A stretch of DNA of 64,000 nt from Deltaproteobacteria bacterium. GTDB lineage: Bacteria > Myxococcota_A > UBA9160 > JAFDDA01. Numbering within the stretch: the first letter of the stretch is position 1; each line of letters begins with the position of its first letter. This document shows, piece by piece, positions 37,011-45,419 of the stretch. The notes beneath the pieces are model-generated. The model had not been told where the DNA came from. It was given only the letters and a program-made list of their open reading frames with translations, and did not search any database. The position numbers were made by a program, and so were the translations under genes. The stretch lies in the NCBI GenBank assembly GCA_019311105.1, contig JAFDDA010000020.1:14550-78549 (forward strand), written 5' to 3'.

Positions 37011-38444
37011 CTACTCCTCGCCGAGATAGCCCAGGGCTTCGAGCCGCCGCCGCAGGTTCGCCGGGACGCTCTTGTTCCGGCCCCAGGGCGGGCCGCGTCG
37101 CTCCACCTCGGCAACCTGCTTCTGCAGCTCGCCGTGGAGCCGCGCGCGTTCGCGGATGGATTCGTGAGCCTGGTCGCGCTGCTCTCCGGAGTCGTCCTCC
37201 AGCGTGAAGAACTGGAGCGCCGGGCGGTTCGTGCCCGGCGCATTCAGATGGACCTTGTGCGTGCGTGTCCGCAGCGTTGCGGCTTTGAGTCGCCCGTTCT
37301 TGCCATCCCGCAGTTCGCTGAAGGCCAGCCGGTCGTCGTCTTCGGCACCGTCGAGGATCGGCACGAGGCTCCGGCCGTCGAGCACCATCGGCTCTCTCAG
37401 CGCATTGGACTCCGAAGCCGGTTCGGCCGGCACCTCGGGCGCGAGCCCGGCGAGATCGAGGATCGTCGGCATCACGTCCACCGCTCGGACCTGGGTCGCG
37501 ACGCGCCGGCCGGCCTCGCCGCGGCGCGGGTCGTGAACGATCAACGGCACGTGGAGGATCGTGTCCCAAAGGGTCTGCCCGTGAAGCCCGAGATCCTCCG
37601 GGCGATGTTCGCCGAGCTGCTCGCCATGGTCGCTGGTCACGACGACGAGTGTCCGATCCGACACCCCGAGTTCTTCCAACACAGCGAGCAATCCGCCGAC
37701 GGCCCGGTCGGCTTCGAGCACGCCGCCGTCATAGAGCGCTCGAACCCACTCGCGTTCGACCTCGCCGACCTCCACCCGTCGCTTGAGTGCGAGGTCGTTC
37801 TGCTCGCGATCGAAGACGCCGCCGAAGACGCCGGGGTCGAGCCCTTCGCCGAACCCGAGGCGTTGGTACGGAACGTGAGGCTCGTAGGTGTGGACGAAGA
37901 GGAAGAACCGTTCGCTCGAGTTCTCGCGCAGCCACGCCTCCGCCTTGGCGAACGTCTTGGCGATGCCGACCTCCGGCCCGGGAGCCAGGATGACCGGCGC
38001 GGTCTCCTCCCAGAACGTCTCGAAGCCGAGATCCATGCCGAACTGGCGTGAGACGTAGGCGCCCTCGCTGAAGCCCGCCGTGCGAAACCCCGCCTGCTGC
38101 AACCGCTCGACACCCGAGCGCTTCAACTTCCCGCGATAGACGCGGGCCGTGGGATGCTCTCCCGAGAGCAGCGTGATGAACCCCGGCAGGGTCCACGAGG
38201 CGTTGCTCACCGCGTTCTCGAAGAGCACGCCGCGCGCGGCGAGGGCATCGAGGTGAGGCGAAGTCGGCCGCGGGTTGCCGTAGCTCCCGAGTCCGTCGGC
38301 GCGCAGGGTGTCGACGCCGATCAGCACGATCCCCTGCAGCGGCTCGGCCGGCGGCTCGCCGCGCCCACAACTGGCCCCCATCGTGGCCGCCGCCAAGGCG
38401 AGGAGGCTGGCCACGGCCCGGCGCGCGGAAGAGAGCGGGAGCAT
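37011..38444 (-). CDS. Sulfatase-like (alkaline-phosphatase superfamily) lipoprotein with Thr at the nucleophile position
   Basis: Signal LLALAAATMGASC and GVDTLRADGLGSYGN. The active-site position reads S-W-T-L-P-G-F. The C-terminal RRRLEALGYL motif is shared with 4911-6272. Confidence 0.8.
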   Translation of the reverse strand: MLPLSSARRAVASLLALAAATMGASCGRGEPPAEPLQGIVLIGVDTLRADGLGSYGNPRPTSPHLDALAARGVLFENAVSNASWTLPGFITLLSGEHPTARVYRGKLKRSGVERLQQAGFRTAGFSEGAYVSRQFGMDLGFETFWEETAPVILAPGPEVGIAKTFAKAEAWLRENSSERFFLFVHTYEPHVPYQRLGFGEGLDPGVFGGVFDREQNDLALKRRVEVGEVEREWVRALYDGGVLEADRAVGGLLAVLEELGVSDRTLVVVTSDHGEQLGEHRPEDLGLHGQTLWDTILHVPLIVHDPRRGEAGRRVATQVRAVDVMPTILDLAGLAPEVPAEPASESNALREPMVLDGRSLVPILDGAEDDDRLAFSELRDGKNGRLKAATLRTRTHKVHLNAPGTNRPALQFFTLEDDSGEQRDQAHESIRERARLHGELQKQVAEVERRGPPWGRNKSVPANLRRRLEALGYLGEE

Positions 38445-38497
38445 CGGCGGAAATCGTTCCTTTCCAGGGAGTTACGAAGCGTATCGAAACCGATCGT

Positions 38498-39133
38498 TCA
38501 GCGAACGGTGGAGGCGAGGATCAGCTGCCCCCCGAAATAGAGCGGCAGGCCCCAGACTTTGTTCCAGAACGTGCGCGAGACGAACCGCTGGCGGGCCACG
38601 GCCAGGTCGGAGACGTAGAACGCGAGCGCGCCGATCGGGATTGCCGCGCGAGCGTCAGCGCCGAAGGTGCCCACGGCCAGCACGACCATGCTCGAGATGA
38701 CGAAGACGTAGGCCACCACCGGCCCGCGCATCGAACCCTCGACATGGGGCCAGAGCCAACGCAGCGCCACGCCGGCAACCGGCACCACGGCCAGCGCCGA
38801 ACCGCCGACATACGTCCACTCGACACCCCGCACGGCGAACGCCCCGGCAAAGGCGAGGTGACCCAACAGGAAGCTCACCAGCCCTGCGAGGAAACTCGCG
38901 CGTGCCGTCGGGATGAGCAGCACGTCGCCCCAGAAACAGAGCACCAACGCCCCCATCACCCAGTGGCCGTAGCTCGTGTCGCGCGCACCGGCGGCCCAGG
39001 CAGCCCCAAGGAACCCGAGCGAGGCGAGCGGTTTGAAGATCCAGATGCCCACACGCCAACCGCGCCACTCGGCATGGAGCAGCAAACCCAGCGAGACGAG
39101 GGTCACGGCGCAGCCGGCCTCGAAGCCAGTCAT
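38498..39133 (-). CDS. YhhN family membrane protein (lysoplasmalogenase family)
   Basis: Multi-TM with FKPLASLGFL..., LCFWGDVLL and FLLGHLAF blocks typical of YhhN. Its ATG overlaps the kinase TGA (ATGA at 39130-39133). Confidence 0.75.
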   Translation of the reverse strand: MTGFEAGCAVTLVSLGLLLHAEWRGWRVGIWIFKPLASLGFLGAAWAAGARDTSYGHWVMGALVLCFWGDVLLIPTARASFLAGLVSFLLGHLAFAGAFAVRGVEWTYVGGSALAVVPVAGVALRWLWPHVEGSMRGPVVAYVFVISSMVVLAVGTFGADARAAIPIGALAFYVSDLAVARQRFVSRTFWNKVWGLPLYFGGQLILASTVR

Positions 39134-40551
39134 GTCCGGCGCGACCGCAGGCGCTTGAAGGTCCCGGCTCGCGGCTCGCGCCGCGCGCACCACGGACAGA
39201 AGTGCCAGTAGTCCCGCGACACCGGCCAGCGACAGCGGGGACAGCGGTCGGAGAGTTCCGCGTGGCTCCAGAGGCGCCGTGGCTTTTGCTTGCACACGGG
39301 GCAGTAACGCATGAAGGGGCGCAGCTCGCCCGCGCAGCCGCGCTTCGTGCAGCGCCGTTCCGCGCGTGGGTCGTGGCGCGGTGGCCGCCCGTTGCCGGCG
39401 AAGCGGCCGGCGTAGCACCACGGGCATGCCGTCCACTCGGGTCGCACGCCGCGCTCGCACTCCGGGCAGACCAGCGGCGCGTTGGTGACGCCGCGGAAGG
39501 AGTTGTCCTTGCTGCCGCACCAGGGGCAGACGCTCATGGCCTCGGAGATGGCGCCGTCGCAGCGGTGGCAGCGGAAGCGCATGTCGAGCTTCGCGCCGTG
39601 CGCCTTGCGGAACACCTCCGCCTGGACCTCCAGGGGCGAAGTCGTCGGCGCCTTCTTCCGGGCGCCTTTCTTCTTGGGGCGTCGGGGTGCGGGCGCTTCG
39701 GCGCGGGCGAACGCCCGGGCCAGGGCCTGCTCGAGTTCCTCGCCGCTGGCGTAGCGCCGACGCGGCTCGAACTCGGCCGCCTTGCGTAGGACGGGCTGGA
39801 GGGGGGCCGGCACCTTCTTGGCAAAGCGCGCGTGCCCATCGAGAGGCCAGCGAAAGGGCCAGGTCGGCAGGACCCCGGTCAGCAGGTGATACACGATGAT
39901 GCCGAGCGAGAAGACGTCACTCCCGAGCCCGGGCCGGCCGTAGGCCTGCTCCGGCGCGATGAAGCCGAGCGTGCCGACGTCGGTGAAGTTGCGGGTCACG
40001 GGCGGGGCGAAGCGGGCCACGCCGAAGTCGCACAAGGCGAAGCGGCCGTCGGGGAAGACCAGGACGTTTTCGGGCTTCACGTCCCGGTGCATGATCTTGC
40101 GTTCGTGGGCGTAGGCGAGCGCGGCCGCCACATCGCGCATGACTCGCAGGGCCACATCGGGCGAGCGCCGCGCGCGGACGTAGGCACCGAGGTGGGTGCG
40201 GGCCAGCTCCGTCGCCATCACGAAGCGGCCGGCGATCCAATCGGCGTTCAGGATCTTCACGATGTTCGGGTGATCGAGGCGGCTCGCGATGCGCGCCTCG
40301 TGCTCGATCTCGTTGCGGCCCCACTCCCGGACCATGTCCTCGTGGACGACCTTGAGCGCCACGGCCTGGCGGACGACGGTATCGGTCGCTTTCCACACGT
40401 CGGCAAACGACCCGCTGCCGAGCCGGCTCTCCAGGCGATACTTGCCGAGTCGCGTTCCCCTGCGCAGCGTGCTCGCCACACGCCCTCCCTGTCTTGTGCG
40501 GGGACCCAACATAGCCCCACGGCCACCGGGTCGTGCCCTACAATCGCTCAT
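39130..40551 (-). CDS. Ser/Thr protein kinase with four C-terminal zinc-ribbon modules
   Basis: Hanks kinase motifs LGSGSFADVWKA, AVALKV, HRDVKPEN, DFG and APE. Four CxxC-x10/11-CP[WV]C units follow. The alternative start ATG 40512 is more likely if a promoter is needed between the divergent genes. Confidence 0.85.
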   Translation of the reverse strand: MSDCRARPGGRGAMLGPRTRQGGRVASTLRRGTRLGKYRLESRLGSGSFADVWKATDTVVRQAVALKVVHEDMVREWGRNEIEHEARIASRLDHPNIVKILNADWIAGRFVMATELARTHLGAYVRARRSPDVALRVMRDVAAALAYAHERKIMHRDVKPENVLVFPDGRFALCDFGVARFAPPVTRNFTDVGTLGFIAPEQAYGRPGLGSDVFSLGIIVYHLLTGVLPTWPFRWPLDGHARFAKKVPAPLQPVLRKAAEFEPRRRYASGEELEQALARAFARAEAPAPRRPKKKGARKKAPTTSPLEVQAEVFRKAHGAKLDMRFRCHRCDGAISEAMSVCPWCGSKDNSFRGVTNAPLVCPECERGVRPEWTACPWCYAGRFAGNGRPPRHDPRAERRCTKRGCAGELRPFMRYCPVCKQKPRRLWSHAELSDRCPRCRWPVSRDYWHFCPWCARREPRAGTFKRLRSRRT

Positions 40552-40553
40552 CC

Positions 40554-42113
40554 ATGAGCTGGCAGGAAGAGGTCGACGGGATCCGAGCGCGGCGCGAGCG
40601 GGCCGCGGAACACGGTGGCAAGCAGGCCGTCGAGCGCCAGCGCGCCAAGGGCCGCGGAACGGTCCGCGAGCGGATCGAGGCGCTGGCCGACTCGGGCAGC
40701 TTTCAGGAAGAGGGGCCCATCGCCGGGCACTCGGACTTCGACGGCGACGGCCAGCTCGTGGAGTTCACCCCCGCCAACTACGTGCTGGGCATCGCCCGGG
40801 TCGACGACCGCCCCGTGGTCGTCGGCGGCGAGGACTTCACGCTGAAGGGCGGCTCGCCCTCCCCCGCCGGCCTGCGAAAGAGCATCTGGTCGGAAGATCT
40901 GGCCCTTCGCTACCGCCTGCCCCTGGTGCGCTTCCTCGAAGGCGGCGGCGGGAGCGTCACCGGCGCACGCAGCAAGGGCGCCCCGCGGCCCATGGGCGAC
41001 CCGGCCGGGGCCCAACACCGGTTCGTTTCGATCGCCCGGGTGATGGGTGCCGTGCCGGTGGTGTCGGCGGCCATGGGGCCGGTGGCTGGGTTTCCGGCCG
41101 CCCGCCTGGTGGCCTCACACTTTTCGGTGATGACCCGCGACACGGCCCAGATCCTGGTTGGCGGCCCGGCCCTGGTCGAGCGGGCGCTCGGCGAGAAGAA
41201 GACCAAGGAGGAGCTGGGCGGCGCCGACGTCCACCTCAAGAATGGCGTCGTCGACAACGTCGCCGCAGACGAAGCCGACGCCGTGGCCCAGGTGCGCCGC
41301 TTCCTCTCCTATCTCCCGACGAACGTCTGGGAGCTGGCGCCGCGCGCCGAAACGGGCGACGCGCCGGATCGTCGCGAGGAAGCCCTGCTCGGGATCATCC
41401 CTCGCGATCGACGGCGCATCTTCGATGTGCGCAAGATGATCGGCCTGGTGGTGGACACGGGCTCGTTCTTCGAGATCGGCAGCGCCTCGGGGCGCGGCCA
41501 GGTGACCGGGCTCGCACGGGTCGACGGCCACTCCGTCGGCATCCTCGGCAACGATTCGCGTTTCTATGCAGGCGCCATGACGGACGACGGCGCGCGCAAG
41601 GTGCGCCGCTTCGTCGACCTCTGCGACACGTTCCACCTACCGATCGTCTCCTTCGTCGACGAGCCGGGGTTCATGATCGGCAGCGAGGCCGAGCGCGCGG
41701 GGACGATCCGCTACGGCGCGCAGACGCTGTTCGCGGTGGTGCAATCCACGGTGCCGTGGATCTCGATCCACGTGCGCAAGGCCTTCGGCGTGGCCGCGGC
41801 GGCCCACTTCGGCCCGAACGGGCGTGTGCTCGCGTGGCCCTCGGCCGAGCGCGGCGCCCTCCCCCTGGAGGGGGGTGTGGCCGTGGCCTTCCATCGCGAG
41901 ATCGCGGAGGCCGAAGACCCCCAGGCCCGACGCGACGAACTCGAGCGCGAGCTTGCCTCCCGTCGCAGGCCGCACGCCGCGGCCGAAGCCTTCGCCATCC
42001 ATGACATGATCGACCCTCGCGACACGCGCCCCGAGATTGCACGCTGGCTCTCCCTGCTGGGCCCGCAGCTCGAGCCACAGCGCGGTCCGCGCCAATACAC
42101 GGTGCGACCCTGA
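40554..42113 (+). CDS. Acyl-CoA carboxylase carboxyltransferase (beta) subunit
   Basis: MSWQEEVDGIRARRERA...RGTVRERIEALADSGSF and two crotonase-like CT halves. Start ATG 40554. Confidence 0.9.
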   Translation: MSWQEEVDGIRARRERAAEHGGKQAVERQRAKGRGTVRERIEALADSGSFQEEGPIAGHSDFDGDGQLVEFTPANYVLGIARVDDRPVVVGGEDFTLKGGSPSPAGLRKSIWSEDLALRYRLPLVRFLEGGGGSVTGARSKGAPRPMGDPAGAQHRFVSIARVMGAVPVVSAAMGPVAGFPAARLVASHFSVMTRDTAQILVGGPALVERALGEKKTKEELGGADVHLKNGVVDNVAADEADAVAQVRRFLSYLPTNVWELAPRAETGDAPDRREEALLGIIPRDRRRIFDVRKMIGLVVDTGSFFEIGSASGRGQVTGLARVDGHSVGILGNDSRFYAGAMTDDGARKVRRFVDLCDTFHLPIVSFVDEPGFMIGSEAERAGTIRYGAQTLFAVVQSTVPWISIHVRKAFGVAAAAHFGPNGRVLAWPSAERGALPLEGGVAVAFHREIAEAEDPQARRDELERELASRRRPHAAAEAFAIHDMIDPRDTRPEIARWLSLLGPQLEPQRGPRQYTVRP

Positions 42114-42163
42114 AGCGCCGAGGTGCGAGCCTGAAGCGCCGAGGTGCGACCCTGAAGCGCTGG
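42101..42163. repeat. Three tandem copies of a 21-bp unit at a gene junction
   Basis: GGTGCGA[C/G]CCTGAAGCGCCGA at 42101-42121 and 42122-42142, and 42143-42163 with the last 3 nt diverged. Copy 1 contains the carboxyltransferase TGA stop. Confidence 0.9.
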
Positions 42164-42202
42164 CGCGGATTCAGCGCGCAATGCGTCGCGATCTGGGCGG
42201 CC

Positions 42203-44134
42203 GTGGCGGCATCTCTGGCACTCGGTTGTGGAGGAGCGGAAGAAGTCGAAGCACCCGTGGTCGCGCCACCGGGCATCCCGGAACCGGGGCCGCGCTACGA
42301 ACGCGGCGCTCACGCCCGCCGGGAGATGTTCGACGCCCTGCGCAGCGACGCCGACAACACCCGCCATCCCTCCGACGGCGGCGGTCGGGCATGGGTGGAG
42401 TCGAGCCGTGCGGCCCGTGCATCCGGCCATGGCCAGTGGACCCTTCTCTATGAAGCGGGGCCCCACGGTGTGGCCGTGGGCGGCCGCATCCTGCTCCAGG
42501 TCTCCCCGTTCTGGCACTGGAGCACTCCCCAGACGCGCGAGCCCCGAGCGCCGGGCTTCACGACCGTCGAGTCCCTGGCAGAGGGCGTCGAGCTGGCCGC
42601 CGAGACACTCGACCAACAGCTCCTCGGCATCGAGGTCGGCGGGCGCGCCCTCGGCCCGGGCGAACGCATCCGGATCGTCTACGGCGCAGGCGAGGCCGGC
42701 GCCCGGGCCGACCGCTTCGCCGAACGCGAGTCCCGCTTCTTCGTGGCAGTGGACGGCGACGGCGACGGCGTGCGCGAGTGGATCGATGAATCGCCCGCCG
42801 TCGACGTTGCCGCCGGCGACGCGGCGCGCCTGGTCCTGCATCTGCCTGCCGTGGCCCGGCCGGGCGAAGAGACCTTCCTCACCGTGGCAGTGCTCGATGG
42901 CGGCGCGAGCGCCGGAGTCGACTTTGCAGGCGAAGTCACCTTCGGCGATCGCGCCGAGAGCGTGAGCCTGGCCGACACCCTGGTCTTCACGGGCGCCGAG
43001 GCCGGCGTCGCACGCGTGCCGATCCGGGTGGATGCCGAGGGGATCGTCCGCGTCGAAGCGCGCGGCCCCGAGGGCCTGGAGGGGATCTCCAACCCGATGC
43101 GCGTCTCCTCCGAGGCGCCGCGCATCCGCTTCGGCGACCTGCATGGGCACTCGAACCTCTCCGACGGCACGGGGACCCCGGAGGACTACTTCCGCTACGC
43201 GCGAACGGCCGCCGGGCTCGACTTCGTTTCGCTCACCGACCACGACCACTGGGGGATCCCCTTTCTCGACGCTCGGCCCGAACTGCGCGCCCGCATCCGC
43301 CGCGCAGCCGAAGCAGCACACGAACCCGGCCACTTCGTGACGCTCCACGGATACGAGTGGACGAGCTGGCTCTACGGCCATCGCCACGTCCTCTACTTCG
43401 ACGACGGCGGCGGGCCCTGGATGTCTTCGCTCTCGCCGGAGTTCGAGACGCCGGAGCAGCTGTGGGCCGCCTTGCGCGGAAAACCCGCCATGACGCTCGC
43501 CCACCACTCGGCGGGCGGGCCCATTGCCACCGACTGGAGCATCCCCCCCGACCCGGAACTCGAGCCGCTGACCGAGGTCGTGAACGTCCACGGCAGCAGC
43601 GAGGCACCCGATTCGCCGGGGCCGATCTACGCGCCCGTGGCCGGGAACTTCGTGCGCGATGCGCTGAACCGCGGCTACGCCCTCGGGTTCGTCGGCAGTG
43701 GCGACTCCCACGACGGCCACCCCGGCCTCGCCCACATCGGGAGCGCATCGGGCGGCCTCGCCGCGGTCGTGGCCGAAGACCTCACCCGCGAGGGCCTGCG
43801 CCGTGCGCTCCAGGACCGGCGCACCTACGCCACCAACGGCCCCCGCATCCTTCTCGATGTGAAGCTCGCGGGGCACGCCATGGGGCGAAGCCTCGCCGTC
43901 GCGAGCCTCGGCGACGAGCCGGGCCTCGTCGTGGACGTGGTCGGCACGGCCGAGCTCGATCGCGTCGACATCGTCCGCAGCGGTGCCGTGGTCGCCTCCG
44001 CCGAGGGCGAAGGCCGGAGCGACCTGCTGATCAGCTACCCGGTTCGGGCCCTCCGGGCGGGCGAGTACGTCTACGTACGCGTCGTGCAACGCGACGGCGG
44101 CGCCGCCTGGTCGAGCCCCTTCTTCCTGGAATGA
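42203..44134 (+). CDS. PHP-domain (CehA/McbA-like) metallohydrolase, probable lipoprotein
   Basis: FGDLHGHSNLSDG...SLTDHDHW...GSGDSHDGHPG metal ligands and an N-terminal beta-rich domain. GTG 42203 leaves only MAASLALGC before the lipobox Cys. An upstream in-frame CTG 42152, preceded by GAGG, would give a full signal peptide. Confidence 0.75.
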   Translation: MAASLALGCGGAEEVEAPVVAPPGIPEPGPRYERGAHARREMFDALRSDADNTRHPSDGGGRAWVESSRAARASGHGQWTLLYEAGPHGVAVGGRILLQVSPFWHWSTPQTREPRAPGFTTVESLAEGVELAAETLDQQLLGIEVGGRALGPGERIRIVYGAGEAGARADRFAERESRFFVAVDGDGDGVREWIDESPAVDVAAGDAARLVLHLPAVARPGEETFLTVAVLDGGASAGVDFAGEVTFGDRAESVSLADTLVFTGAEAGVARVPIRVDAEGIVRVEARGPEGLEGISNPMRVSSEAPRIRFGDLHGHSNLSDGTGTPEDYFRYARTAAGLDFVSLTDHDHWGIPFLDARPELRARIRRAAEAAHEPGHFVTLHGYEWTSWLYGHRHVLYFDDGGGPWMSSLSPEFETPEQLWAALRGKPAMTLAHHSAGGPIATDWSIPPDPELEPLTEVVNVHGSSEAPDSPGPIYAPVAGNFVRDALNRGYALGFVGSGDSHDGHPGLAHIGSASGGLAAVVAEDLTREGLRRALQDRRTYATNGPRILLDVKLAGHAMGRSLAVASLGDEPGLVVDVVGTAELDRVDIVRSGAVVASAEGEGRSDLLISYPVRALRAGEYVYVRVVQRDGGAAWSSPFFLE

Positions 44135-45129
44135 GCGAGCCGGCCGTCTCGGTCCTGCTGCCGGTCCGCGACGCCGCCGCGACCCTCGCGGCGTGCCTCC
44201 GAAGCATTGCCCGCCAGACGGAGACGAGTTTCGAGTGCGTCGTGGCGGACGACGGCTCGTGCGATGCATCGCTCGCGATTGCGCGCGACCGCGCCGCTCG
44301 CGACCCACGCTTCCGGGTTCTCGAACTCCCCGCCACGGGGCTCGTCGCCACCCTGAACACGGGCCTCACGTCGTGCCGGGGCCGCTACATCGCGCGCATG
44401 GATGCCGACGACCTCATGCACCGCGAACGCCTCGAACTGCAACGCGCCCAGCTCGAAGCCGACCCCGAGCTGGCCGGCGTCGGATGCCACGTGCGGGTCT
44501 TCCCCCGTGCCGGGCTCTCGGATGGCATGCGTGCCTACGAAGCCTGGCTCACATCCCTCGCGTCGCCCGAAGACGTCGCCCGAGACGTCTTCATCGAATG
44601 TCCCCTCGCCCACCCCACCTGGCTCGTCCGGCGCCGCGTGTTCGAAGCCCTCCCCTATCGCGACCGCGGCTGGCCCGAAGACCAGGATTGGATCCTGCGC
44701 GCCCACCGGCGGGGGCTACGGCTCGGCGTCGTCCCGCGGCGCCTCGTCTCATGGCGACGCGGCGGGCTCTCGGACCACGACCCGCGCTACGCCATCGAGC
44801 GATTCGTTGCGTGCAAGGCCCATCATCTGGCGCGCAGCTTCTTACCCGACCACCCGCACTACGTCCTTTGGGGCTATGGCGGGACCGGCCGCGCGTTGCG
44901 CAGGGCCCTGGCCCGAGAGGGCCGGCTGCCGAGCCACATCGTGGAGCTTCACCCCGGGCGTCTGGGCCAGACGATCCACGGCGCTCCGGTGATCGAACCC
45001 AGTGGCCTCGCGGGGCTCGATGGCCCGATCGTCGTGTCGGTGGCCGGCGCAGGGCCGCGCGGTCAGATCCGCCAAGCGCTCGCGACACTCGGCCGCGTAG
45101 AGGGCGAAGACTTCGTTTGCGCGGCGTGA
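44131..45129 (+). CDS. Glycosyltransferase family 2
   Basis: VSVLLPVRDAAATL...VVADDGSCD...RMDADD (DxD). ATGA overlap with the upstream stop. Confidence 0.85.
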   Translation: MSEPAVSVLLPVRDAAATLAACLRSIARQTETSFECVVADDGSCDASLAIARDRAARDPRFRVLELPATGLVATLNTGLTSCRGRYIARMDADDLMHRERLELQRAQLEADPELAGVGCHVRVFPRAGLSDGMRAYEAWLTSLASPEDVARDVFIECPLAHPTWLVRRRVFEALPYRDRGWPEDQDWILRAHRRGLRLGVVPRRLVSWRRGGLSDHDPRYAIERFVACKAHHLARSFLPDHPHYVLWGYGGTGRALRRALAREGRLPSHIVELHPGRLGQTIHGAPVIEPSGLAGLDGPIVVSVAGAGPRGQIRQALATLGRVEGEDFVCAA

Positions 45130-45138
45130 TGCCGCGCC

Positions 45139-45372
45139 TCAGCCGAGCGCGAGTAGAGCCTGATGAAGGTCGGCAACCACACCGGCGAGGTCGTGTCGGG
45201 CTTCGACGTGCTTGCGCGCCGCGTGGCTCTCGGCCGCGAGCGGCGCCCGGTGCATCGCGCGCATCATCTCCGCCAGCGCCTCGGGACGCGCGCGATGGCG
45301 TGCCACCGGAGCAACGGTGTGGGTGTGGCCGTCCGGGTCGGCCGGGACGAGCCGCCCCCCGCACTCGTTCAT
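45139..45372 (-). CDS. Hypothetical small His-rich protein (weak call)
   Basis: 77-aa MNECGGRLVPADPDGHTHTV...HDLAGVVADLHQALLALG downstream of the rhomboid gene on the same strand. GC3 is high but I recognise no family. Confidence 0.25.
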   Translation of the reverse strand: MNECGGRLVPADPDGHTHTVAPVARHRARPEALAEMMRAMHRAPLAAESHAARKHVEARHDLAGVVADLHQALLALG

Positions 45373-45419
45373 CGGCGACCCATCGGTTGGACGCCGCCGC
45401 TGGCCTTCGGTAGCCGGCG

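Noticed and set aside
34585-37569. 994-aa minus-strand ORF
   Set aside because: It is antisense to the well-supported acetoacetyl-CoA synthetase and overlaps MazG and the sulfatase-like gene. The sequence is low-complexity and Arg/Gly-rich with no domain signatures.
41711-44308. 865-aa minus-strand ORF
   Set aside because: It is antisense to the carboxyltransferase 3' end and the PHP lipoprotein gene. Its composition is that of a GC-driven open frame, not a protein family.
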